Positions 1-12,200 of a stretch of DNA of 64,000 nucleotides are shown piece after piece. This stretch comes from Bilabrum cf. latius. Its lineage: Eukaryota. The notes beneath the pieces are model-generated. The model made no database searches, had not been told where the DNA came from, and saw nothing but the letters and a program-made list of their open reading frames with translations. Both the position numbers and the translations under genes were made by a program. The stretch spans positions 2,170,001 to 2,234,000 of the forward strand of contig OZ237735.1 of the NCBI GenBank assembly GCA_965178125.1, read 5' to 3'. Within the stretch, counting starts at the first letter, position 1. Each line of letters begins with the position of its first letter.

Positions 1-2685
1 AATACAGCGTTGGCGGTGCTATTGTACCCTGGGTCTGCAGACTCAGAGGAGTGCGAAATCGCGTAAGTCTCCTGGCCCTCTACCACGCCATCCGTGATGG
101 CCTGCACCTGGATCGTCCTGACTGAATTCCAAGCGATGCTGGCGTCCGCGCCGACGTCGACGGTGGGGTCAAACACGAGGATCCTGGGCGAGACGTACAG
201 ATCATCGAGCGTTGCCAGCGACGTGTCTAGCGTCACAGTCACTGTGCTGGTTGGCCTGGAGTCCAGTTGCACAGTATACGTCGCATTCGAAGCGCCCTCC
301 GTAGCACTGACAAGAGCGCTGGATATGGTAATTCCAGCGGTCTGAACATCAAAAATGCTCACACGCACGAAGGGTGAGGGCAGGAACAGCTCGGTCTGGC
401 CAACAAGCGCACTGCTCCAGCGGTTGTCAGTGCTCGTCGTATTGTGGAAGATAATGGCACTCTCCTCCGGCTCTGCCAGCTCGTCAGCCACTGCGGTGAC
501 GGTGACATCCTACCATTGGTCCCAGTTGATTGCCGTGAATGTAAGGAGAGATGGCAGCGCAGTGATCTCAGCAGCCTCGGCAGTGCCTGGGGCGATGCCT
601 ACAGACACGGTGACGGAGTTGGCGGGCTGCGTATCCAACCGGACCGAGTACGTCGCGGTGAGGGTTCCCTCAATCACGTCGACATCTGCATTTGAGATAA
701 GGACGTGGCGCTCCTTCTAGATATCATACACGTTCACGGTCACGTTGGGGCCCGGCAGCACGGCAGCGCCGTCATACTCTCCATCGGCGCTAGACACGTC
801 GTGGGTGATCACGACGGCCTGCTCTTCCACTTCACCCTCAATATCGTCGCTGATGGCCACCACATCCACAGTCACGGGAACGTCATAGTTCCCGGAGTTG
901 AACGTGATGGTGCGAGGGCTCACCCCGACCTGGCCGGCGCGGGTAACGGGAAGCACGTCAAGAGTAATTGTGACCGCAGCTGCCGGCTCAGAGGCAAGGC
1001 GGACAGTGTAGGTATCGTTGTTGCCGCCCTCCGTGACCGAAAGATCTGACCTGGACAGCAGCACGGAAGCTTTGTCGTCGTCGTAGACATCAACGTTCAC
1101 CACACCTCCGGCAGGCCGCAGGACCGCGCTGTCGTACCTCGTGTCATCACCCCGCACGGTATGCACCAGGCCCACGGTCCAGGGTGACACGGCAGCATCC
1201 ATCGGGTCGTTAGAGGCCATCACGCTCACGGTCACAGTCTGGCTGCAATTCGAGTCAGAGAAGACTGTGAACCCGCCGCTAGTGCTTATCGTCGGGCTCC
1301 CCACTGGCACGCCTCCAACAGCAGACACCCAAGAGATCACGCTAGCAGCAGTCGCGGCGTCTCCACCGGGGCCTCCCGTCATGGAAGTGACGCTAGTGTG
1401 AGTCCAGTCCACAACGATCGGCGTGGCTCCGTCTTGCGGGCAGCTCGCCACGGTGATGTCGTAGGTTACCGCCGCACCGGCTTCCACCACGGCCAGCGAA
1501 ACTTCACTGAAGTCCACTGCGGCGTGCTCGTCATCAAAGACTGCAACACCTACGGTTGGCAGTGATAGTGTGCTTGCACCGTCCACGTAGAGCGGGTCCT
1601 GTGTGAGAGTGACGGAAAAGTCCAGCTGAATGGAAGTGCTGGGCGTTACCCTATCTTCATCGTCGTCCACGGCCTGCAGCTGCACCGACTGCGGGGTGGA
1701 CCAATTGCCAGGGCCGTACGTCAGAACAATCGGCAGAGCACCCCCCGCGTCAGCCGGCAATGTAACGGAGAGCAGGCTGTCTGCCAGCGGGCTAACAGAG
1801 CTGATGGTTACCTGAACGAATGAGGCTGGCTGGCTTGCGAGAGACACGTCGAACGAGGCGGAGTCGCTCCCTCCTCCACCACCCTCCACCACGTAGACGA
1901 ATGACTATGAAACCAACACTCCGCTAGCATCATCATCCAGAAGAGTAAGGTTTACGTAAGGCGATGGAGAGAAGAGCCCAGCCGTGCCAGAGAAATTTCC
2001 ATCCGTGCTTGTTGCGGTCAACTCTACCGCCCCCGTGAGTGACGGGTCGCTTGCCGACAGCACATCATCACCTGAGGATGATATAGTGAATATTGCTGGC
2101 GTGCTCCAATTCGACGAGGTAAAGACAACAAAAGACGGGTCCAGCTGAAGCGGTGCCGAGCTGAACTCAATCGACAGCCGAGGGTGCACTGTCACTGGTG
2201 CGGCTGGAGCCTCTGACAGCACCAGTGTGAATGAATCCGTATTGCCAGGCGCGGACTCTCGAACATAAAGATGCGCATCAGACAGGATGACTGCGATGAT
2301 TAAGAAACAAGGTGTTTGGGTTGCATGTGCTTGAGCACGGCGTAGTGCCAGCAAGCTTGAGTATCGCTGCCTTACCCTATGCTGTGCTACATTCTACATT
2401 AGTTACCGAAAACCAGGACCTATCTCTCAGACAATCGCATGAGGTCCTATCCGAGGAGCTCGTGCTGAATGCTGGGCATGGCGTGCACGTGAAGTTTCCC
2501 GAACTGGGCTTGAACGAACCACTCGGGCAACTTGCGCAGGTTCCACTAAAGGTCTGGTTAAATTGACCGGGACCACAAGTGCTTGCATTACTCAAGCCCA
2601 AGAGCGAAGCTGCTACAACTGCAGCATGCCAACGCACGCTGAGGGACCGAGGCGCCCGGGCAGCCTTCTTTGACCGGCAACCCAT
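1..2685 (-). CDS. Large secreted/surface protein: signal peptide, Cys-rich (ephrin-receptor-like/GCC2-GCC3-type) module, then at least 6 tandem Calx-beta/Ig-like repeats; 3' end lies beyond the window
   Basis: ATG at 2685 (MGCRSKK...AAVVAASLLGLSNA, hydrophobic leader), then CGPGQF...CPSGSFKPSSGNFTCTPCPAFS...CDC. Intron 2291-2375. The frame then stays open to position 1, with only TAG interruptions (2377, 1905, 717, 510). Repeats of ~130 aa follow the pattern V.EG...YtV.L...P...VtV...P..L.F...NW..pQ.V.V.a..D. Confidence 0.85.
2291..2375 (-). other. Spliceosomal intron (85 nt)
   Basis: G|GTAAG donor and CGCAG| acceptor. Removal joins ECSTA(TAG)V to ILSDAHLYVRE in frame; unspliced, the upstream frame hits TGA. 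Confidence 0.85.
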
Positions 2686-3054
2686 CGTACGCCCGTGAGA
2701 GCTCAAAAACTGAGATATGTCCCTAATCAAAGCTGCGAACAGCTGCCAGGCAAGACTTTGAGCTCCTGCAAGGCCTGGCTGAATCGAAACGGCGTCGACC
2801 GCTTCCAGCAGCCTCTCTCTGCGCACTCTGTCGCGAACCTGGAGATTAAAGTGACTGGCTTTGTGGTTGTCTGTACGCAAATCTGCAAAACAGCACGAGA
2901 AATCTGAAATGCCAGCCTACTGGCTTGTGTATGCAAGCGATTGCTTTCGGGCGGTTTCAAGCAGCAGGTTGGTCGCGAAATTGAGACGGCGGTCGCATGA
3001 TGTTCCGCAAATTGGTGCGCGGCGACTGAACGCACATTTTCACAATTGAATATC

Positions 3055-6000
3055 ATGAGCTTGCTAACGAATCTGCATGACCTGTCAGATTCTGCCATAT
3101 TGAATGAAGCTAGAAGACGGGCCGGTTTGGTTGTAAAGGAGAGGGTTTCTACGGAAGCCGAACCTAAAATGCATGACAAGAGGCGCCTGGGATCCCAGGT
3201 AGCAGGCCCCGCCAACGTTGACTTCGGTGATTATATGCTAGAAGGTGATGGAAATATATCATTAGACGATCTTGCGTTTGGCAGAAGCTCTGGTGCTTCT
3301 TTCCAGAAGTAGTCGAGTCAAGCCGACTCGAATCAGCACAACAGAGCCGATGCCACTACGGCACGAGCTGCAGGTTCCGTTGGTGATTTGGAGGGATCCA
3401 GTAAGTTCGGAGTGTATGGTTTGTAGCATTCAAAGAGCCCAGATGGCCAAGTGCTGGAGCGTGGCACTGGGTCTGGCTCTCCTTGGACACGCTCGCCTGC
3501 AAGCACACCGGGAAGAAGAAGATCCACACGAGATATAGGTGGGATGAGCTAGGACTTGAGGCAGGCTCCTCGAAGACAACCCCTTACACTTGGAGATGAG
3601 ATTGGACCAATGGGAGCCATTCGCGTGATGCTGTCCCCTGGGGCGCGCGGGTCTGCTGGCGTCGACCAAATTCGCAAGTCGCAAATGGCAGATGATTCCA
3701 AGGCGTACCGTGGCGGCGGCGTGTCGTCGCTCGTGTCTCCACCCGGCAAATCTACCGGTGCATCTCTGCGAGCGATCGCACGCGCTATTCCTGAGGAGAA
3801 TGGCCAGACCCGGCTGCATCTCGTGGCGAGGCTCCGGCAGCTGCTTGGAGGAAAGGTTTCAGATGCGAGGGCATACGCAGCGGCGCTAGCAGCAGACCAG
3901 GAAGGCGCTGATAGCGCCGGCTACGGCGATGATTTCAGTGCGGAAGGGGTGCTGCGGCCTTGGGTCCAGCGCCACGTCGCGCCTGTCCTAAGCATGCTGC
4001 TGCAGCCTGGCTCGTTGCCGGATCCAGTGGCACCAGCTGTAAGTGCGGAAGCTCACAGCGACTCGAAGCAGGCTGTCATGGCCGCCTGGCGGCAGCAAAG
4101 AGCAGAATGGGAATGCATTACAGTGCTGTGCGCTCTGATGATCCACGTGGGGGCTGATGTGTCCGCTGGCTCAGTCGGCGTGCGGACTGCCTGCGTGAGG
4201 TGCGTGCGTTCCTGCTGCTCCGCAGGGGTGCCAGCCCTGCACCCGTCGGCAATCGTTAGCGATACTAGTGCCCTCGAGCGACTAACATGGCCGTCGGTGC
4301 ACCCCACCGACGGTGATGCAGGCGATGTCTCAGGTAGCTAGCAATAGTACGTGCCCTCGGAGGGTCAATCCGTGGTGCCGCCCCACGCAGTTGCGTTGCT
4401 GTGTGCTGTAGCGTTGAGCAGTCGTATCCGTGCCCCAACGGTCGTAGAGGAAAGCCTTGCTGAAGCGTCTGGGCTGCTTTCCCCGGCTCAACGGTAGTCC
4501 AGAGCGTCTTAGCCGCAAAGCCAGGCAGCTCGACGGCAAGCTGGACTCGCTATTGAGCCTAAGGACTCTCCCCTATGGGCAGCCCGCCAGCTGCTTGCTC
4601 TTGGACGCGACTGCACTGATGCAGTCAGCCATGCATGTCTGGCATCCGTGCTGCATTCTAGGGTTGGACAGCTCGCGCTGCTGAGCCCTTTGCTGTGCGG
4701 TACGATACGCGAGGCTGCTGGTGTAGATCTGAAGTCAGGCGAGCGCATCTTGCTGGAAGCCATTCGTGGCACGTACGGCAGCGCTGGAGCTTCTCGTGAG
4801 CAAGCAGTAATTGACAGCATGTCAGTGACATGTGCTGTACTCTCTCGCCGAGCGATACCCCCAAAGAGTGCCAAAGGGCAGGTCTCTGGGGTTGTCGCTG
4901 CTCTGGCTTCCGTGCTGAGCTCGGTGAATGACCAAGCTGGACTGGATGAATCCAGGGGTATACTTCCAATGCTGGGCCTCGCGTCGTTGCTGCGGCAGTA
5001 GACTAAATCTGCTTCCGCTGGATCCGTAGCTGAGTTGGACGCTCACGTTGCGATTCGGCTCGCAGCCAGAACCATTCGCAGTTCGGATGCTATTCCGAGC
5101 GCAATAGCAGACGCAGTTGCTGGTCATGCCTGTGCCGCATCCGGACTGAGTCTTGAGCCGCTGCGCAGCGTAATTGCAGCTAGCGCGGAAAGCCCGAATG
5201 GTGGCTCTGCGGCCCAAGGCATTGATGGTCTTGCGGCGAAACTAGGCAGTCTGAAGTGCGTGTTCCACGCCTTGTCCCCTCAACAGTGCGCGGATGTAGC
5301 CGCTGCGGTTGGCGATCTCGAGTCGAAAATGCAGCAAGCAGCGTAGTAGGGCGTGCCAAGACAGCAACAAAGTCGCACTCTGTCAGCTGCGATGAATTTG
5401 TCCGGAGTTGACGATGGAGTGGATGCCGGCCGAAACAGTGTCGCCAGTGTGCTCGGTCTGGGAAATTTGAAGCCGAGCTCTAGTTCAGATAAGAGCTCAA
5501 TTTGGATGGATGCTGCCAATGGCGCGGTTCCCGCGACTGGTGGCCTGGATGCTTCGGCTCCATCGACGCAATTCTTCGTTGAAGTTGTTGAGCGGTTGGA
5601 ATCATCGCTTGAGGGTATCTTGCTATCATCCTTGCGAAGCCGTGCTAGCGGCAGTGAGCTTGCTACCATGCCGTAGTAGCCGCATGCTGTGAATTCAAGC
5701 GGCGGCCACGCTGCCTTGAGTGCATCGGTTGCGCGGGCGGGGTTTGCAGCGAATTCCAGCATCGATGCTCACAAGAACAGCACGCGTGGGTCACAGCTGC
5801 TTGAAGAAGCGCTGAAAGAGCTAGAGCCAGATGCGCAGGACCTGTCAGCGTCAGTTGATGGCACATAGACACGGTATCCTGATCTGGCGAAGAATCGTGA
5901 CGCTCAGACTGTGGACAAACCGGAGGCACCCAGGACAACCATCATGTACCGAAGGCGATTCTTGGAACTCAGAAGCTTCTTGGATGAACAGCGCAAGGGA

Positions 6001-8934
6001 GACAGCGCCACAAATTCGACGTTTGAATCCGAGCATGCGCGCTGGGTAGAGCATGCAAAGCCACGGCTGCATGTCGTGCTCTCGTCAACCCACTGTGTTG
6101 CGGCTGCGAACGTCTCCTTGGGCGAAGCTGAACATGGCAAGATGATACTCTCGTCACAGGACGACCTCAGCGACGCCCTTCCGTTGCAACGTTCGCCTGA
6201 TGCAGCCACAATTCCAACCGTTCTGGCTCTTGCAGTTCAGCTGGCTTTTGGGGGGTCGCCTGCACAAGCGACAAGCATCTTGAATGCGATTGCTTCGATT
6301 GGCTGTGAGGGCATCTGGTCTCTCTGCGGCGGGGCTTGTGCACCACTGGCTGCTGCAGCAATTTCCTCACATAGTGCTCAGCAGCATCTGCTCCTCCATG
6401 CAAGATCGCTGCGGTTCATCGATTAGGAACAGCTCTCTGGTCGACCCGGTACGAGCAGACTGGGAGCATCGATGGTGCGAGCGAGCAAGGGCTCCCGTGC
6501 AGCCGCAGGGTCACTTGCGCATTCAACGTGGATTGCAGATGCAGATACGGCCGAACTATTGTCTCCAAAGCCTTGGTAGAGTGTCCATCGACCACGTGCT
6601 TCTTCAGACGTTGATAAAAGGGGGGGCACGGAGTCGCCGTTTCGGCACTGGCTGGAACGCTCTGACGAGGTGTTGGTCCGCGTCTGTGAGTGGGATACCG
6701 CATCGCCAGGCTTCGTGTCGGATCATGACGCCTCTATTGCTTGGAATGATGACAGATAGTCCCAGGAGTAGATTGCAACCACTGCTAGAGTCGCGGCATT
6801 AGTTCTCGCCGTGTTGGAAGCCTGCATGAACCGCAGCAACGCTTCTGTCAAAGCGGCCGCGTACCGTGTTTTAGCAGCAATAGGCCCTGCTTCCATGCTT
6901 CTTGCCTGCGATACGGCAGCAGCAATCGGAGCCGCTCTTGCGGTAGGAAAACACGCAGAGGAGTCGCCAGAGGCTAGCGCTCGGAAGCGTACCGCCGGTT
7001 CCATCGTTGTTTCCAGGGTTGCCGCCTGCAATGCGGTCCTTTCCTTTTAGCGTGTGCTTCGCTAGTTGCGGTCTGCATCAGCTGGTGCGTCAAGAGCGTG
7101 GACAGACGATCTTCATACTCATTTGGACCGCTGCCTTCTCAAACCAGTCGCATCTTCTTTCCTGCTTTCTGCCATTCCCCTGGGCCAGGGGGCTGCAGTA
7201 TTGGCAGGCCTGGGCTCCTTTGGGAGAAGCTTCCTCTGCGGCTTGGCCAGCTCGCTTCTTGGATTGTCGCGATTCGAGGACTGGCCAGAGGCAACCATTG
7301 GATACGATCACCGCGAAGCAGTCCGCCTATCAAATCCAAGCCATGCTCGAGCAGCTATTTGTGGTGTTGTTAACATTGCACTCGAGTGTGTGCGCTCCGG
7401 CATGGATGCTGGAGACAATGATTTGCTTGCGCAGGCGGCTGGCCTTGTCTGGCACGTGCTGCAGGCGAGAGGGGGTCACGCACGACCAGCAGCAGGAAGA
7501 GGCACCTTTGGGGCCGTTGGTGTGCCATCTCGCACTGTCTGCTCTGCCATTGATAGCCTGGTTTACTTGCTTTAGGCGGGTGAATAGGCTTCAGAACCAA
7601 GTGCCGCACTGTAGCCTGACTGGATGTCTGGATCAGACGCTAGGTAGCTCCTGTGTGGGCTCTTGCAGGACCCAGACCTGGTCATCGTGCAATCAGCAGC
7701 AAATGCCCTTGCATCCATTGGTAACGAGGGCAGACTTGTGCTAACAGAGCTTCTGCTATAGGGTGTGCGCCACCTTCGCAGAGCGTAGCTTTCAAGCGGC
7801 TTGCGAAAGAGTGCAGCGTCTGCTCCACAAGCGACTCGAACCGGGCTCACGCTGGCCCAAGTTGGTTGCGTGGTGGAGGCACTCGGTGGTTGCAAGCATT
7901 GCATGCCGCGCCCGATTATCCTTGCCCTGCATCTTGCAGCCACTGCTGCCACCACCAGCCTTGCAGAAGGCAGCGAACGCCTTGGACATAGCCGGAGTAG
8001 CCGCTTATTGGCATCTAAATCGGCGAGTGTTGGGTGGCACCGTATGAAACCTGAAGCACTAGGCTTGACTTTGTCTTCATCGCGCAAGCAGCCTGTCCGA
8101 GACACTGGTTTGCGTCGCCCTGCACGCGGTGCGCTCGCCGTGATGGTGTCTGCTTGCAAGGCCATCCACACGGTGGGGGCAGCTAGGTGCCTAGCCGCGG
8201 TGCTGCAAGGGACCCCGGCGGAGCGCGCTCGAGACTTTCGGCGGACTGAAGCTGCTGCCGAACAGCTAAGTATCATGACCCGGGGCATTCCTGCGTCGCA
8301 GGTGCAATCCCGCGTGCTCCAGGGAGCAGTGGACTCTGCACAGCTTCGAAAGCAGGCTAAACTAGCTTTGCGAGTGTTGAATGCTGTGCGCGAAGTCGCA
8401 GTCGCGTTTGGGGATCGTCTTTGTGGCGGATTACCTGTATCAATTACTGGACGACAGAGCACCCTAGGTGACCATGATGGCAGCGTGCCCGGTCAGAGTC
8501 GAGTTAGTCTTGCCCCGAATCGGCCCGACAGGGTTGCTTCAGTCAGCGGCCCGCTTGACTCCACAGTGCACAGTCAGCATCATTACATTGCCGAGAGGCA
8601 CCCATCGCCAGCGTATCGGGCCGGGGGGACGCATACGCAGCCTGAGCTAGCATCGTCTGGGGCAGGCCCTGTATCTGGCTCTGGCGATGCGTCTGGCGGA
8701 GCGCTGGGCGACACCCATGCCTCCATCGACAGCGGGATCATTGGATTTGTAGATCCAACCGAGGGGATGCCGGAAGAAAGTGATGGTGGCAGTGGTACTT
8801 ATTCGAAGGGTGGAGGCGGGACTGTTGCCCCTGCTGCGCAGTCGGCAGCAAGGGGTTAGACTGGTGCAACTGAGCTTGACGAGGCCTTGCTTGGGGATGC
8901 GCTGCGACTGAGTCACTTGATTATGGGAACCTGA
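3055..8934 (+). CDS. Uncharacterised 1959-aa protein, Ala/Leu-rich, probably alpha-helical (HEAT/ARM-like) repeats with low-complexity inserts
   Basis: ATG 3055. ORF pieces at 3046, 3556, 4648, 5035, 5353, 5911, 6811, 7066 and 7801 are all frame 1 and separated only by TAG. First TAA/TGA is TGA 8932-8934, followed by AT-rich sequence. HEAT-like segments include LEACMNRSNASVKAAAYRVLAAIG and LLQDPDLVIVQSAANALASIG. Confidence 0.8.
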
Positions 8935-9237
8935 TGCAACTATTCAGGCTTTTAATTCTATTCTTCGACAATGACTAATCGAAACTGCTGTGCGAGTAAC
9001 ATTGCTAGATTCCACAATCTCGCGTGGTAAGGTGTACTTTTGGCCGAAATGTGGTTTTTACAAACCGAAAACATCGGGATAGGTCGATCAAACTGTCAGC
9101 TAGATCAATTGACATTTCGTTTCGATTTATATCCTCGGAAATCAATAATTGAATAAAGACTGCATCCGCGGGATTTGATAGTTAGTGAACCTCTCCAGTT
9201 TGGGGTCTATTCTTCAGTTGCACCAGTGGATTGCCAT

Positions 9238-12200
9238 ATGTCGCTGCCTCCTATCCCGGGTGCTTCTGCTGCGCCAGCGGGACAACCCTCTGATGCATTC
9301 GGGATTCCACTCAAATAGGATACTCGAGGGGATGATGATTCTCTCATCAGCGGAGGTGTGCCTAGGATTCAGACTGCGACGGATACTAGCACTTCCGGAA
9401 AGGCTGCCGCTGCAGCGGGGGTGACTACTGCGTCCCCAATCAGATCAAGTCGAAGAGAACGCCGCGAAGCTGCTACCCGTCGCCGTGGTTTAGATGTCCG
9501 CCACCGCTGGGTCGCGCAGCACTCGGCTGAGCTCTTGGGGCTAGGAGTTGCATCTGAAGTTGAAGATGCTATCAAGCAGCCAGCGGCGCGTCAACTGCTC
9601 GATTCTTTCTTTGCAGGGGGTGGTGGCTGCCCGGAAGCACTCTATGTCATGTATTAGCCCCCAGCTGTTGAAGGACCGGACGGTCAGCCAGTCCCGGCAG
9701 ACCAGGCACCTCGTGTGCTAATCTCGGACGGCGAGGGCGAGCCTCTGCTTGGTCACGCGGTGTACATCACCCGCAGTGAGATTAGTGGCCAGGGCATGGA
9801 TGGAGATTTCGGTGCTGGCATTGTTGCAGAGCTGGGTCCTGCTCCCATCGACCCCAAAGTGAACGACGATGGTGCGCTACTGATCGGGACAGTCTCACCT
9901 GACATCCTTGGATCCATGGATGGATTGCTGCGCGGTGTGTTTGCTCAAGTTGTGATGGCTGCTCCAAGGGGATCATGGGGTGCTGGTGGCCAGCGGGCTC
10001 GCCAGGATACAATGCAGAACCTGTCGAATTTCGCTTCGGAGATCGTGGATGCCAGGTCAGCCATCGCTGGCGGGCTCAGGCTGCGGCGCCCCGCTCCTGC
10101 CTATCGGGTCACGCCTGAGGTAATGCAAAGCAAGCCAAGCAAACAAGCCCTACTGCACTACGTTGAGCTGCTCGGCGAGTGGTGCAGAGTTATCGATGCT
10201 GCCCTGCAGGACGACGCCTCAGCTGGTTCGCAGGCAGGGTACGCCGAGGAGAAGCGTGACCATGAGGCGCCTGGGCCCGGTGCTGCTGGATTCGGCGACG
10301 GTCTGATTGAGCCCGGGCTTGTGACACCACAGGCTATCCTAGAGGCGGGGCGAAGCTCGACTCACGTGCAGACCACGTTCGGCGAGGGTGGTGGGGCAAC
10401 CGGAGCGTTTGGCATAGACCCAGCAGGTCCTGCTGTTTCTGGAGACCAGGCCGCTGCCCCATTTGGCAGGGGTAAGCAGCCAATAAAGCACCATCAAACT
10501 GCAGTCATTACTGCGGCTGGATCCGTTCACGTGCCGCAGCACGTCGCTGATGCGGTCAAGAAGCACGCTGCCCAGCGTGGTAATTTCACTGGCGATACTC
10601 TGCCTCCTTTGGTGCAGCAGTTCCAGCGAGCGGCCTAGGAACAGCTGCGAGAGGCTGCAAGACCGCCCAATTTGAGCAGTTTGCGCGATCTGCAAGCCCG
10701 TCAAGAATATCTTACAGCACAACTTCCGGGTCCGAAACACGAGGTGGCGCAATGGAGACGCCGCATGCAGCGGCTCACTGCCCTTGCGGAACAGCTGTAG
10801 ACGGAGCACTGCCGGGGCCCTGCAGCCATTCTCGTCGCTGCGGCTAGGCGAACTGGCCTTCTGTCAAACTACGACATCGATGGGCGGAAGGTTGCAGAGC
10901 TGCTGCGGCGTTGGAGAGCGACGGAGCTTCAGGTGCACGAGGCATCTGTGGAGGCCAAGGACAACGTGCGCTACCTGATGACCCTGGATCGGTTTGTCGA
11001 GCCACTGTACTCGCAGCATCCCCGCAGGATTATCGACGCCCTTCCTTCACTGCTGAATTCCTGCAAGATGATTCACACGAGCAGCCGATTCTACAATACC
11101 ACCGAGAGGATGACTAGGCTGCTGCAGCGTGTCGCTAATCAGCTGATTCATGCGTGCAGGCGAGGCATCTTGCAGGGGCAGCATCCTTCTCAGCTTTGGG
11201 TTCGCCCACTTGATGGAGTTCTTGTAGACTTGGAAGCGTGTCTTGCTCTCAGTGAAGCCTTTCAAGAGTAGTATAGGCACGTGAAGCGCGCGCTGATGGC
11301 ACAACCGCGCGGGAAACAGTTTGACTTCAGCGAATAGCAGCTCTTCGGCGAGCTTGATCTGTTCTGCAGGCGGGTGGTTAAGGCCACTGACTTGTTTTCA
11401 AGCGTGCTACAATTCCGAACTCTGGAGGTGCAGCGGATTGATGGCATGGCAAGGCTGTGCGCTGCCTTTGACCGACTAGCAGCTGACTTGCGACGACAAG
11501 GCATCGATATTTTGGATCATAAGCAGTCTGCCTTCGACAAGGCATTTGTCAGTTTTAGTGTTCGCGTAGCTGATCTTGAGACCAGCCTTCAGTTCTTCGT
11601 CAACACGGCCTTTTCAAAGGTGCAAGACGTCCCGCGTGCGATCGAACTTCTGAATCGATTCAGGGCTCTGCTTCGTCGTGACGGGCTCAGGGCTGACCTG
11701 GACGAGAAACTCATCATGATCTTTCACAAGTTCGGTTTGCAACTTCTTGACGTGCAACGAGAGTACCATGAGCGACGGACGGACCCGCCGATTCCCCGCG
11801 ACACGCCTCCCGTAGCAGGCGCAGTAGCTTGGGCTGGGCACCTCTTCTACAGCATCGAGGCTCCGATGAAGTTGTTCGCGGACCACCCGAAGGTTCTCAA
11901 TTCCAGCAAAGAGACCAAAAAAATTGTGAAGACGTACAACAGAGTAGCTCGCGCTCTGCTCGAGTTCTAGACCGCATGGCTGGATGCCTGGTAGGCGCAG
12001 GTGGATCAGCAGCTTGATGCTCTGCGGGCCACCGTGATTGTGCGACATCCAGTAACGAAAGAGCTGCATGTAAACTTCGATGCAGGTCTTTTGCAGCTGC
12101 TCCGTGAAGCTCGTGGCTTGGAGCGACTTGGAATTGAGCTGCCTCAGAAAGTCGGCGATGTGCTTCAGGTCGAGTCTAGGCTAAAGACGACCTTTGGACA

